From: Actinomycetes bacterium | GTDB lineage: Bacteria; Actinomycetota; Acidimicrobiia; Spongiisociales; UBA5794 | Direction: 5' to 3' | NCBI GenBank assembly: GCA_024638645.1 | Contig: JAHEJX010000006.1 | Coordinates: forward strand, 9,776-73,775 | Length of the DNA: 64,000 bases | In this document: one piece after another, positions 9,862-18,986 of the stretch | How positions within the stretch are numbered: the first letter of the stretch is position 1 | How the letters are laid out: each line of letters begins with the position of its first letter | Program-made: the position numbers and the translations under genes | The notes under the pieces: generated by a model | Databases searched by the model: none | What the model saw: only the letters and a program-made list of their open reading frames with translations | What the model was told of the DNA's origin: nothing

Positions 9862-10467
9862 GTGCCAAATGACCTCCCGCTCGTTGGGATTCCCATCAAA
9901 CCGTTCGGAGTAGCCAAACAAAGGCTCGACTCCCGGTTGACCGCCGCGCAACGATCAGCGCTCGGCAAAGCTGTCGCCGGGCACACCACAGAGGTTGCTC
10001 TCGCCGCAGATTGCCGGGTAGTGGTCGTGACGAGTGATCCTGGCGTCCGCAAGTGGGCAAACAGAGTCGGAGCAGAGGCGATTGCGGAAGGGCCCCCCGG
10101 CACCGGCCTGAACGGAGCTGCCAGTGCGCTGCGCGATGCGGCCTTGGGCACGTCGCGACCCTGGTTGGTCTTACACGCGGACCTTCCTTCGATCACGTCG
10201 ACCGACATGACGGCGCTGCTCCTGGCCCTGTCCGCGGGTGCCGTCATTTCCCCAAGCTACGACGGAGGCACCGCGGCGTTCGGAGCCCATCGCCGCGCAG
10301 ACTTCGCTTACGGGCCCGGCTCGTTTCACCGGCACCTGCGGCGACTTCCGGGTGCCAGAGTTGTCACGCGGCCCGGACTGGCCTTCGATCTAGACACCGT
10401 GGCCGATCTCGACGAAGCGGCGAAAGCCAACGCTTGGATTCGCGCTGCCCTAGATTCGCCGACGTGA
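9862..10467 (+). CDS. cofC: 2-phospho-L-lactate/PEP guanylyltransferase (F420 biosynthesis)
   Basis: IPIKPFGVAKQRL, GLNGA, ADLP, DGGT, YGPGSF.RH, DLDT.ADL. Confidence 0.88.
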   Translation: MPNDLPLVGIPIKPFGVAKQRLDSRLTAAQRSALGKAVAGHTTEVALAADCRVVVVTSDPGVRKWANRVGAEAIAEGPPGTGLNGAASALRDAALGTSRPWLVLHADLPSITSTDMTALLLALSAGAVISPSYDGGTAAFGAHRRADFAYGPGSFHRHLRRLPGARVVTRPGLAFDLDTVADLDEAAKANAWIRAALDSPT

Positions 10468-11210
10468 CGAACATCTATTCAGAGATGCGAGACGCGCCCG
10501 AGCCTCTCGAGCCACCACAACGAGCACTCGCAATAGGAGCTCATCCGGACGACATCGAGTTTGGTTGCGGCGGGACTCTGGCGCGATGGGCTGCGGCAGG
10601 CTGTCAGGTCACGATGCTCGTCGTTACCGACGGGAGCAAGGGTACGTGGGACCCGACCGCCGACCCCGGCGAGCTTGCCGCCCGCCGATCCGAAGAGCAG
10701 GACCGAGCCGCCTCTGCCCTTGGGGCCGCAGCCGTCGTCAATCTCGGGTACGTGGACGGTGAGCTGGAGTACTCAATGGAGCTGCGGCGTCGCATCTGCG
10801 AACAGATCCGCATGGCACGGCCAGACGTTCTGCTCAGCCACGACCCGTGGAAGCGTTATCAGATCCATCCCGACCACAGGGCAACTGGGTTTGGAGTGGT
10901 CGACGGCATGGTCGCCGCTCGCGACCCTTTGTTCTTCCCGGAAGTGGCGGTTGCTCCGCACCGGCCGGGAGCGATGCTGCTGTGGTCCGCCGACGAGCCG
11001 GACCATTGGGAGCCGATCCAAGAGACGTTCGACAACAAGCTCGCCGCGTTGCTGTGTCACTCCAGCCAGGGCGAAACCACCATGGGAGACGCCCAAGCGA
11101 GCGGCGAGGCGCTGGCGGCGTTTACTGAACGGATCCGTTTGTGGGCCGCCGAGAATGGCGCCGGCACCGAATTCGATCTCGCCGAAGCCTTCAAGCGGCT
11201 CACTCCGTAG
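10464..11210 (+). CDS. PIG-L family deacetylase
   Basis: AHPDDIEFG, TDGSKG, HPDH, HSSQ, EAF motifs; GTG overlaps cofC TGA (alternative ATG 10485). Confidence 0.85.
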   Translation: MTNIYSEMRDAPEPLEPPQRALAIGAHPDDIEFGCGGTLARWAAAGCQVTMLVVTDGSKGTWDPTADPGELAARRSEEQDRAASALGAAAVVNLGYVDGELEYSMELRRRICEQIRMARPDVLLSHDPWKRYQIHPDHRATGFGVVDGMVAARDPLFFPEVAVAPHRPGAMLLWSADEPDHWEPIQETFDNKLAALLCHSSQGETTMGDAQASGEALAAFTERIRLWAAENGAGTEFDLAEAFKRLTP

Positions 11211-11250
11211 TTACGAGGCGAGCATCTACGGCTCCGCTAACGTGCCGGGA

Positions 11251-11958
11251 ATGGACCAGCCAATCGCAGTAGTGACAGGCGGCACCGGCGCCCTTGGCCG
11301 AGCCCTGGTTCCGCTTCTCGTACGCCGCAACTTCAAGATCGCGATCACCTATATCGTGCCGGAAGAGGCCACCGACCTCGAAGAGAAGCTGGATCTCAAC
11401 GAAGATCACATGTTGTTGCGCCGCGTCGACACCACCGACCCGGAAGCGGTCAACATGTTCATGAAGGAAACCGTCGAGGCCTTCGGTGGCCTCAATGTGC
11501 TGTGCAGCCTCGTTGGCGGTTGGGCGGGCGGCCGCGATGTAGCTGAGACGGACAACGTCCGGTTCGACCGGATGATCGACCTCAACCTGCGCTCCACGTT
11601 CTACACGCTGCGTGCCGCTATCCCCCACATGCGCGAGGCCGACTGGGGCCGGATCGTTGCCGTCGGGTCGAAGGCCGCATACGACGCTCCGGCCGGCCAG
11701 GCCACCTTCAACATGGCCAAAGCCGGCGTTTCGGCACTCATCCGCAGCGTCGCCCGCGAACTCGAAGACTCCAACGTCACGGCCAACGTCATTCTGCCGA
11801 CGGTGATCGACACCGAAGCAACGAGGGCGGCCCTCCCCTACGCCGACTACGTCGACTGGCCTACCCCCGATGAAATTGCGGCCGTGATCGATTTCCTGGC
11901 GAGTCCCGCAAGTCGCGTGATCACGGGAGCCGCAATTCCCGTCCACGGTGGGGATTGA
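11251..11958 (+). CDS. SDR family oxidoreductase
   Basis: VTGGTGALG Rossmann motif; catalytic YxxxK reads FNMAK; TAACGT 7 nt before ATG. Confidence 0.85.
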   Translation: MDQPIAVVTGGTGALGRALVPLLVRRNFKIAITYIVPEEATDLEEKLDLNEDHMLLRRVDTTDPEAVNMFMKETVEAFGGLNVLCSLVGGWAGGRDVAETDNVRFDRMIDLNLRSTFYTLRAAIPHMREADWGRIVAVGSKAAYDAPAGQATFNMAKAGVSALIRSVARELEDSNVTANVILPTVIDTEATRAALPYADYVDWPTPDEIAAVIDFLASPASRVITGAAIPVHGGD

Positions 11959-11963
11959 TGGAC

Positions 11964-12033
11964 AGGTATTAGGTATTAGGTATTAGGTATTAGGTATTAG
12001 GTATTAGGTATTAGGTATTAGGTATTAGGTATT
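11964..12033. repeat. Perfect heptamer tandem repeat (AGGTATT)x10
   Basis: Ten exact copies counted directly, starting 6 nt after the SDR stop. Confidence 0.97.
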
Positions 12034-12040
12034 GGATACG

Positions 12041-12091
12041 GGCGTATATGAGGAAACCCCGCCGTTACGGCGGGGTTTCCTCATATACGCC
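12041..12091. terminator. 24-bp perfect inverted repeat, likely bidirectional terminator between SDR gene and tRNA operon
   Basis: GGCGTATATGAGGAAACCCCGCCG-TTA-CGGCGGGGTTTCCTCATATACGCC. Confidence 0.8.
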
Positions 12092-12095
12092 TTCG

Positions 12096-12168
12096 TAGCC
12101 CCGACCGGATTCGAACCGGCGTTACCGCCTTGAGAGGGCGGCGTCCTAGGCCCCTAGACGACGGGGCC
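12096..12168 (-). tRNA. tRNA-Glu (CTC), CCA not encoded
   Basis: Reverse complement GGCCCCG..CCGCC-CTCTCAA-GGCGG..GGTTCGAATCC..CGGGGCTA forms a cloverleaf. Confidence 0.95.
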
Positions 12169-12196
12169 GCAATCTGCGACCAATGCCGCAAAGGCG

Positions 12197-12268
12197 CTCG
12201 GGGGGGAGGACTCGAACCCCCAACGACAGGACCAGAACCTGCTGTGTTACCAATTACACCACCCCCGA
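12197..12268 (-). tRNA. tRNA-Gln (CTG), CCA not encoded
   Basis: Reverse complement TCGGGGG TGGTGTAATTGGTAACAC..GCAGG-TTCTGGT-CCTGT..GGTTCGAGTCC..CCCCCGAG. Confidence 0.95.
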
Positions 12269-12468
12269 ATGGGTTGTGCGAGCCGAGAGGATAGCGGAAA
12301 CCCCAAGTGCCATAGTGAGCGGAGCCCGAATACCGGCACCCTTCCTGATTTCGCCCAGATTCACCCATTTCCCACAACGTGGCGTGTTCGAACTACACGA
12401 ATCACCACAATCCGCAGCCGAATGACAAAATCGACTTACACGCGTTTGTGTGTGTAAGAAGGTGTCTG

Positions 12469-12542
12469 GGTATCTCGTATCGTTCGCGGTACCGGATACC
12501 GGATACCGGCTACTGGCTACTGGCTACTGGCTACTGGCTACC
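12469..12542. repeat. Degenerate heptamer array (GGATACC)2(GGCTACT)4(GGCTACC) with inverted units upstream, overlapping gltX stop
   Basis: Seven 7-nt units at 12494-12542; inverted GGTATCT-CGTATCG at 12469-12482. Confidence 0.9.
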
Positions 12543-13982
12543 GACTCTCGCAATCGCACTCTCGAGCCGGGAAACAGCCTCGTCGCGGCCGAGCACTTCG
12601 ATGCTCTCGAACAGAGGCGGGCTCACTGTGGAGCCAGAAATGGCGACCCGGATCGGTTGTAGCCCTTTGCGGGCCGACAATTCGGTCTCGGTCAACATGT
12701 TGCGCAAGGCGTTTTCGATGCTTTCCGTTGTCCACTCCTCGAGGGTGGCTACTGCGGAGAGCGCCGCCGGCAACACGATGGCCGCCTCGTCCTTGGTCAT
12801 GACCTTTTCCCACGATGTCTCGTCGTAGACGACATCGCCGAAGATGAACGACACTTGGTCGGCCACCTCCGCGAGCCGCTTGGCGCGCTCCTGAACCTGA
12901 GGAGCGATCGCGGCGAGCTGAGCCGCCTCTCGCCCATCGAGCTGCCGGCCCAAATGCGACTCGACGAGAGGAGTCACCCTGGCAACGAAGTCGGTGACGG
13001 TGAGCTTCCGGATGTAGACGCCGTTCATCCACTCCAGCTTGTCGTTGTCGAAGATCGTTGGATTCTTCGTCACCTCGTCGAGATCGAAGCGGTCGATCAT
13101 GTCGGCGAGCGAGACGATCGTTTCGTCATCGCCCGGCGACCATCCGAGGAGGGCCAGGTAATTCACCATCGCCTCAGGCAAGATCCCCGCTTGTCGGTAT
13201 GCACTCAGTGCCGTGTGGCCATGGCGCTTGGACAGCTTCTTACCGTCGGGCCCCATCAGAAGCGCCAGATGCCCGTAGGTCGGTGGGATCGCCCCCATGG
13301 CCTTGGTGAGGACGATGTGTTTTGGAGTAGAAGACAAGATGTCCTCGCCGCGCACTACGTGAGTTATCTCGAAATCGACGTCGTCGACGGTGCTGGCCAG
13401 GTGGTATGTGGGAGATCCATCTGAGCGCAGTATCACGAAGTCGTCGACCTGGGCATGGTCAAACGTCACCTCGTCGCGCACAACGTCGTGGAAGGTCGTG
13501 GCGCCGGGCCGAGGCACCGCCATGCGGATCGGAGCCGACTCACCGGCCGCAATGCGATCGGCAGCTTCTTCGGGAGCAAGCTTGAAGCGGCCGTCGTACG
13601 CCGGCGTCTTCCCCGCAGCCTGGGCCTCCTTACGAAACTCATCGAGTTGCTCAGAGGACGCGAAGCTGTAGTAGGCCAGGCCGCGTTCGAGGAGATCCAT
13701 GGCGACGTCGCGGTATCGGTCGTAACGCAAGCTCTGCTGATAGGGCGCGTGAGGCCCGCCGATCTCAATGCCCTCGTCCCAATCCAGTCCCAGCCATCGC
13801 AGCGATTCAATGATGTCGGTGTGATATTCGAGTGCGTTGCGCTCCGAATCGGTGTCGTCAGACCTCAGTATGAATTGGCCGTTGCGTCCTCTTGCGAAGA
13901 GCCAGTTGTAAAGCGCGGCACGTGCCGTTCCGACGTGCAGATAGCCGGTCGGCGATGGAGCGATGCGGACTCGGACGCTCAA
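12531..13982 (-). CDS. gltX: Glutamate--tRNA ligase
   Basis: RIAPSPTGYLHVG, DTD, HVVRGED, KKLSKR; adjacent to tRNA-Gln and tRNA-Glu. Confidence 0.97.
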   Translation of the reverse strand: MSVRVRIAPSPTGYLHVGTARAALYNWLFARGRNGQFILRSDDTDSERNALEYHTDIIESLRWLGLDWDEGIEIGGPHAPYQQSLRYDRYRDVAMDLLERGLAYYSFASSEQLDEFRKEAQAAGKTPAYDGRFKLAPEEAADRIAAGESAPIRMAVPRPGATTFHDVVRDEVTFDHAQVDDFVILRSDGSPTYHLASTVDDVDFEITHVVRGEDILSSTPKHIVLTKAMGAIPPTYGHLALLMGPDGKKLSKRHGHTALSAYRQAGILPEAMVNYLALLGWSPGDDETIVSLADMIDRFDLDEVTKNPTIFDNDKLEWMNGVYIRKLTVTDFVARVTPLVESHLGRQLDGREAAQLAAIAPQVQERAKRLAEVADQVSFIFGDVVYDETSWEKVMTKDEAAIVLPAALSAVATLEEWTTESIENALRNMLTETELSARKGLQPIRVAISGSTVSPPLFESIEVLGRDEAVSRLESAIARVGSQ

Positions 13983-14743
13983 CGGTCCAACACAGGATTC
14001 AAGAGCAGGCCGATGCCTTCGATCTCGACCTCCACTCTGTCCCCTGCCTCGATCGGGCCCACTCCCGATGGCGTGCCCGTGAGGATCACGTCACCCGGCA
14101 GCAGCGTCATGACCCGAGACACATAGGAGATCAGTTCGCCCACGCCGAACACGAGGTCGGCGGTCGTGGCGGCTTGACGGACTTCGCCGTTCACCCGACA
14201 GGTGATTGCGAGCGACTCTTGCGGATCGAGCTCGGTGTCGATAACCGGGCCAAGTGGACAGAAGGTGTCGAATCCCTTGGAGCGGGTCCATTGGCCGTCC
14301 AGGTTCTGCAGGTCCCGCGCAGTGACGTCATTGGCCGCCGTGTAGCCCATGATGTAGGGGCCCACGTCCTCGATGGCAACGTCTTTGGTTACCTTGCCCA
14401 TGACTATGGCGAGCTCGGCCTCGTGGTGCACCTCATCCGAGTCCGCGGGCAGCCGAATCGGCTGCAACGGCCCGATAACGCTGGTGGGAGGCTTGAGAAA
14501 CATGAGCGGCCGTTCCGGCACGTCTGCGCCCATCTCAGCGGCATGGTCGACATAGTTCTTGCCGATGGCGACGATTTTGGTGGGAATGACGGGCGCCAAG
14601 AGGCGGGCCTCCTGCCAGCCGACGACGGTCTCCGTAGGCTCCCACGCCACAAAGGGTGACCCGCGGTGAAGCCGTATTCCTTCAGGCTCCACGGCGCCGT
14701 ATGCGATGTCCGCGACCTCCGAGTCAACCCGAACGATCTTCAC
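13979..14743 (-). CDS. Fumarylacetoacetate hydrolase family protein
   Basis: KIVAIGKNY, FLKPP, HEAEL, NDVTARD, KGFDTFCPLGP, LTGTPSG; GTG 14743 overlaps upstream stop. Confidence 0.92.
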   Translation of the reverse strand: MKIVRVDSEVADIAYGAVEPEGIRLHRGSPFVAWEPTETVVGWQEARLLAPVIPTKIVAIGKNYVDHAAEMGADVPERPLMFLKPPTSVIGPLQPIRLPADSDEVHHEAELAIVMGKVTKDVAIEDVGPYIMGYTAANDVTARDLQNLDGQWTRSKGFDTFCPLGPVIDTELDPQESLAITCRVNGEVRQAATTADLVFGVGELISYVSRVMTLLPGDVILTGTPSGVGPIEAGDRVEVEIEGIGLLLNPVLDR

Positions 14744-15264
14744 TCGGAGCTTCCCCCATTTCTGAATATCCAGCCCGAACTCACGTGGGTCCGCAAGGCG
14801 TCCGGAGTTGCCTCGAGTAGTTGCTGCGGCACGTCGGCTACCAGCTTCCTCAACTTGGCGGCGTCGTGGCCCACGTTGGCCAACCATCGCGGCCGATTCG
14901 ACAGGACCCCTGCATCGACCGCAGCGGCAGCATCGAGACCAAGCACGATCATGCCGACCGCCACGTCGTCTGCGATAGGAGCGCGGCCCAGTCGCGCCGC
15001 TCGAGCAGAGGCAATCGCGGCAACAGCTGCTGCGACGTCGTGATGATGCTCACCGGGGAGCAAAGCCAACTGATGCTCGCCAACGAGCTTCAGCGCGTAC
15101 CCCGAGTCGGGACCGATCACGCCAAACGGCCCGCCGGACGGGACCTCTTCTGGTGAATTGAGCTCGCCGGGACGGGAGGGGCGCCACGAGCGGGCAACTC
15201 CCGGCGCCGCACTACGGCGCGGCAGGTCGCGTGGATCGATCTCGATGTTGGGCTGCTGACCCAA
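14740..15264 (-). CDS. Hypothetical protein, translationally coupled to FAH-gltX
   Basis: 174-aa ORF with upstream GGAGG and 4-nt overlap with next gene; no recognised domain. Confidence 0.7.
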   Translation of the reverse strand: MGQQPNIEIDPRDLPRRSAAPGVARSWRPSRPGELNSPEEVPSGGPFGVIGPDSGYALKLVGEHQLALLPGEHHHDVAAAVAAIASARAARLGRAPIADDVAVGMIVLGLDAAAAVDAGVLSNRPRWLANVGHDAAKLRKLVADVPQQLLEATPDALRTHVSSGWIFRNGGSSE

Positions 15265-15343
15265 GGTTCGACCTCCCTGACGAAGCTAAGCGATGGTAGC
15301 GGCGCCGGTGTCCCGGTCCGCGGTACACGCCGGCGCAATTCAA

Positions 15344-16255
15344 TCAGACGTACTCGAGCCACTCCGGATGCGAATGCAGCTTGCCTCTGACTGTGTCCAG
15401 ATACAGTTGCTGGGCCCGCTTGGTGATCGGACCCGGCTTGCCGTCGCCGACCACTCGATCATCGACTTCCCGGACAGGTGTCACTTCAGCTGCGGTACCC
15501 GTGAAGAACACCTCATCGCAGTAGTACAAGTCTGAACGCGAGAATGTCTTCTCCGCTACCTCGTACCCGTCCTCAACAAGCAGTCTGACCACAGAGTCTC
15601 GCGTGATGCCATCGAGACAACCCGCCGAGACAGGCGGCGTATAGACCTTGCCGTCGCGAATGATGAAGATGTTTTCGCCTGAACCCTCGGAGATCTTGCC
15701 GTCGGTATTGAGCATGATCGCCTCGTCGTAGCCGTTTCGGACCGCCTCCATCTTGGCGAGGATGCTGTTGATATATGTGCCGGATGCCTTGGCGTTCGGA
15801 AAGACATCCATGGGGAAACGGCGCCACGAGGAAACTGCGACGCGGATTCCGTTCAGCATTCCCTCCTCGCCGAGATACGCACCCCAACGCCACGTGATGA
15901 TGGCGGTACGGACTCTGGCGTTGGCTGGGTTGAGACCGACGGCACCGAGCTCGAGGAACTTGATCGGACGAACGTAGCCGCCTTCGAGCTCGTTGGCTGC
16001 CAGCAACTCCTTCGTGGCCTTGGTGAGATCCTCAACGGACCACTCGGCATCCATGTGATATGCCTTGGCGGATCGCAGGAGGCGATCCATGTGCTCAGTC
16101 AGGCGAAATACGGCCGTGCCCTGCGGGGTCTCGTAGGCACGAATTCCCTCGAATACGGCAGTTCCATAGTGGATCGCGTGCGTGAGGACATGCACTTTGG
16201 CCTCGTCCCAAAGCACCATTTCGCCGTCGAGCCAGATGTATTTCGTTGGTTCCAT
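15344..16255 (-). CDS. ilvE: Branched-chain amino acid aminotransferase
   Basis: HYGTAVFEGIRAY, AKASG.Y, EGSGENIF, LDGITR, GTAAEVTP. Confidence 0.95.
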   Translation of the reverse strand: MEPTKYIWLDGEMVLWDEAKVHVLTHAIHYGTAVFEGIRAYETPQGTAVFRLTEHMDRLLRSAKAYHMDAEWSVEDLTKATKELLAANELEGGYVRPIKFLELGAVGLNPANARVRTAIITWRWGAYLGEEGMLNGIRVAVSSWRRFPMDVFPNAKASGTYINSILAKMEAVRNGYDEAIMLNTDGKISEGSGENIFIIRDGKVYTPPVSAGCLDGITRDSVVRLLVEDGYEVAEKTFSRSDLYYCDEVFFTGTAAEVTPVREVDDRVVGDGKPGPITKRAQQLYLDTVRGKLHSHPEWLEYV

Positions 16256-16341
16256 CCGACGATGATATACCAGCGATACCCGGGCGTGGCTGGGAGATCG
16301 TTAGTCGGGAGCAACGGTCATTCCACAGACGAGAAGCCACG

Positions 16342-16374
16342 CGTTTGAAGGAGGCTCGCGGCCTCCTTCAAACG
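16342..16374. terminator. 14-bp perfect hairpin downstream of S9 peptidase
   Basis: CGTTTGAAGGAGGC-TCGCG-GCCTCCTTCAAACG. Confidence 0.7.
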
Positions 16375-16480
16375 TTCCCCCTCCACAGCTAGGCCCTATA
16401 CGCCTGGCTCTGCCTACACAGATAGGAGATGTCCGCCACGAGTTCCTGATACACGATTCTCAGTGACATATTCGAGAACC

Positions 16481-16501
16481 GACTACCGACTACCGACTAC
16501 C
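16481..16501. repeat. Heptamer repeat (GACTACC)x3 overlapping the S9 peptidase stop
   Basis: Three exact copies read directly. Confidence 0.8.
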
Positions 16502-18423
16502 GGCTGTGGGTCGAGGTAACGCCCGTGCCAGTCGAGGATTGCTTCGAAGCGTTCAACCCGATGCTTCGGCTTGCCCGACCGAGACAGCTCGTGGCTTTCG
16601 GGACCGGGAAACCGCAGCAGCTCGACTTCAGTGCCGTTGCGTAGCAAAGCGGTGAAAAGCTGCTCCGCCTGTTCGATCGGGCAGCGAAAGTCGTCCTCGC
16701 TGTGCAGGATCAAAGTCGGCGTAGCTATCGCTTTGAAGCGGCTCATCGAGCTGCCGCTCCACATCGTGGCTTGATCGTCGATCGATCCCCGGCCGAGGTA
16801 CATGTCGGTGAACCACGGACCGATGTCGGAAGTCCCGGAGAACGAGTTGAAGATATATACCCCTCGTTCGGCGACCGCAGATTTGTATCGCGGATCGGCG
16901 GCGATGATGCGGACAGTCGCCAATCCCCCGTAGCTGCCGCCCATCACTCCAACGTTGCCCGTGTCTAGGCGGGGTTCGACGGCCGCAGCCGCGTCGACCG
17001 CAGCCAAAAGGTCACGCAGGTCGGGGGGCATCTCTTCCTGCCATTGTCTTGCGACGGCGCGCACGTGGGCATCGCCGTAGCCGCTCGAACCCCGCGGGTT
17101 TGTCGCCACCACGCCGTATCCGGCGCCGACGTAGACCTGGAACTCGTCGAAGAAACCCCATCCGTATTGAGTAGCGGGACCGCCATGGATGTTCAGAAGC
17201 ACGGGTACCTTGTCATCACCGGGCGGCAGGTACACCCAACCCTCGACAGTGACGTCCTCATGTTCAATCGTGAATGTCGACGGTTCTACCAATGACGCTG
17301 CCAGACCCCCATTCAGGTCCGTCAGTCTCTCGGAACCTGCGCTCGTCCACCGCCACAGCTCACCGGGGTTGGTGGCAACACTCGCCACATACACGGCCTC
17401 AGCCCCATCTGTGGTGAAGCTGGAACCAGTGATTACCTGCCTACCGCCGATGAGCTCTTCTACCTCACCCGATGCGGAGACCACGTTGCAGGTCACTGCG
17501 CCACGGTCTTCGATGAGCATTCGAGCAGTTCCGTCGGCAAGCCACTGTGGACCTGCGGGCGCCGTGGGCGGAGCGGGCACAACCACATTGCGATCCAAAC
17601 CGGGCGTCAATACGACGGCGCCGTCGGCATCGAGCCGGTACAGCCGTGTCGTGGATGGATGATCCCAGTGGTCGGGATTGCCGCCCGCATAGAGCCGACC
17701 GGCGCCGTCGAAGCTGAGTTCGGCCCAATTTCCGACCTCGGCCCTCAGCGTCGCTTCGCCTCCCCGCACACCGACCGTATAGACCTGGGTACCGCTCTCG
17801 AGGCCATAGCGCTCGTGGCGTGGCGACAGGAAGGCGACCTCGGAGGAGTCGGGGCTCCACACAATCCCGGTCTCGTTGTCGTCGCCGGGTGTCAGGCACA
17901 GGGGGTCGCGCGCCCCGTTCGGATCGACGATCCAAACATGGTCACGCCGGTCATGGGTCCAACCCTTGTTGTCCCAACGAAAGGGCAGCGAAGTGATCCT
18001 GCGAGCTCGCCGAGCTCGCTCTTCGGCCTCGAGGCCCTGGAGTTCGGGAACATATTCGGTGGCAACGACAGCCAAGTGGGTGCCGTCTGGAGACCACTGA
18101 ATCTCCTTGACGCCGAGCTCGAAGTCCGTCAATACGACTGGCTCGCCGCCGTCGCCCGGCATGACCGCTACTTGCGGCTTGAGAGTCGGGTCCACAGCTC
18201 TCAAGAATGCGAGCCGGCTGCCGTCTGGTGACCAGCGCGGGGCAGTGTCGGCGGGGCCGGCGGTGAACGGCGCACAATCGGCGCCATCCCACTGCCAGAT
18301 GACGTTGACGTACCAGTCATCCTCGAGGTCCATTTGCTTCACGACGAACGCGGCGCGAGCACCGTCCGGATGCATCGCCGGGTCTGACGGTTGACGGATG
18401 TCGGCGATCTGCTCCGGATGCAC
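16483..18423 (-). CDS. S9 family (prolyl oligopeptidase/acylaminoacyl) peptidase
   Basis: PD40-like WSPDG repeats; IHGGP, NPRGSSGYG, GGSYGG, DFRCP, ESH catalytic triad. Confidence 0.93.
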   Translation of the reverse strand: MHPEQIADIRQPSDPAMHPDGARAAFVVKQMDLEDDWYVNVIWQWDGADCAPFTAGPADTAPRWSPDGSRLAFLRAVDPTLKPQVAVMPGDGGEPVVLTDFELGVKEIQWSPDGTHLAVVATEYVPELQGLEAEERARRARRITSLPFRWDNKGWTHDRRDHVWIVDPNGARDPLCLTPGDDNETGIVWSPDSSEVAFLSPRHERYGLESGTQVYTVGVRGGEATLRAEVGNWAELSFDGAGRLYAGGNPDHWDHPSTTRLYRLDADGAVVLTPGLDRNVVVPAPPTAPAGPQWLADGTARMLIEDRGAVTCNVVSASGEVEELIGGRQVITGSSFTTDGAEAVYVASVATNPGELWRWTSAGSERLTDLNGGLAASLVEPSTFTIEHEDVTVEGWVYLPPGDDKVPVLLNIHGGPATQYGWGFFDEFQVYVGAGYGVVATNPRGSSGYGDAHVRAVARQWQEEMPPDLRDLLAAVDAAAAVEPRLDTGNVGVMGGSYGGLATVRIIAADPRYKSAVAERGVYIFNSFSGTSDIGPWFTDMYLGRGSIDDQATMWSGSSMSRFKAIATPTLILHSEDDFRCPIEQAEQLFTALLRNGTEVELLRFPGPESHELSRSGKPKHRVERFEAILDWHGRYLDPQPVVGSR

Positions 18424-18536
18424 AGACTCTCCCCACTTGGCGAATGGCTATCGGGCCTCCGTGATGATAACGAGCGCTGCCCGTCGAGTCCGGTCGCGGT
18501 TCCTTGCCGAACGAGTCTGCACGGTACGCTCGCGCC

Positions 18537-18986
18537 ATGCGAAGATTCGTGGCCGCCGGCTTCGGTGCCGGCTTGCTGCCCAAACGCCTCTACGGAAGCC
18601 ACAACGGGGCCGGGACTTTTGGAGCCGCCGTTGCGCTCATCGTCGGAGTGTTCCTGATCCCTTCTCCGTGGTGGATTGATCTGATGGTTGCGCTCGTTGC
18701 GGTCGGTGTCTCCCTGTGGGCTTCCGCGCCGTTTGCCGTGGATGGCGCAGACCCGGCATGGGTGGCGATAGACGAGGTTGCAGGCACGCTCGTCGCCATG
18801 ATCGGTCTCAGCGGATGGCCATTCGCCGCCGCTGTGGCCGTGGCTCGACTGCTCGACATCTTCAAGGTGGCCCCCGGAATCAGCAGGGCGGAGTCACTGC
18901 ATGGGCCGCTGGGCGTAACGATGGACGACGTGGTCGCCGGGCTCTACGGACTGGGGATTGGGTGGCTCCTCATGGGGTTGCTGTAG
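18537..18986 (+). CDS. pgpA: Phosphatidylglycerophosphatase A
   Basis: GTFG, DP..V.IDEVAG, RLLDIFK, G.LGV..DDVVAG. Confidence 0.85.
   Translation: MRRFVAAGFGAGLLPKRLYGSHNGAGTFGAAVALIVGVFLIPSPWWIDLMVALVAVGVSLWASAPFAVDGADPAWVAIDEVAGTLVAMIGLSGWPFAAAVAVARLLDIFKVAPGISRAESLHGPLGVTMDDVVAGLYGLGIGWLLMGLL

Noticed and set aside
10053-11958. Long overlapping N-terminal extensions (10053, 10561; also 53411 and 55125)
   Set aside because: True starts lie downstream (10464, 11251, 54152, 55977), supported by stop/start overlaps, -10 spacing or domain boundaries; no frameshift is needed
11964-12033. CRISPR array or telomere
   Set aside because: The 7-nt unit has no spacers, no cas or reverse transcriptase gene is in the window, and it lies internally between ordinary genes
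12096-12268. tRNA-anchored genomic island
   Set aside because: No integrase, no duplicated tRNA 3' end seen, and housekeeping genes on both sides
12379-12828. ORFs with YRIPDTGYWLLATGYW repeats (also 40139-40363 and 56933-57661)
   Set aside because: These are translations of the heptamer arrays, antisense or out of frame to real genes
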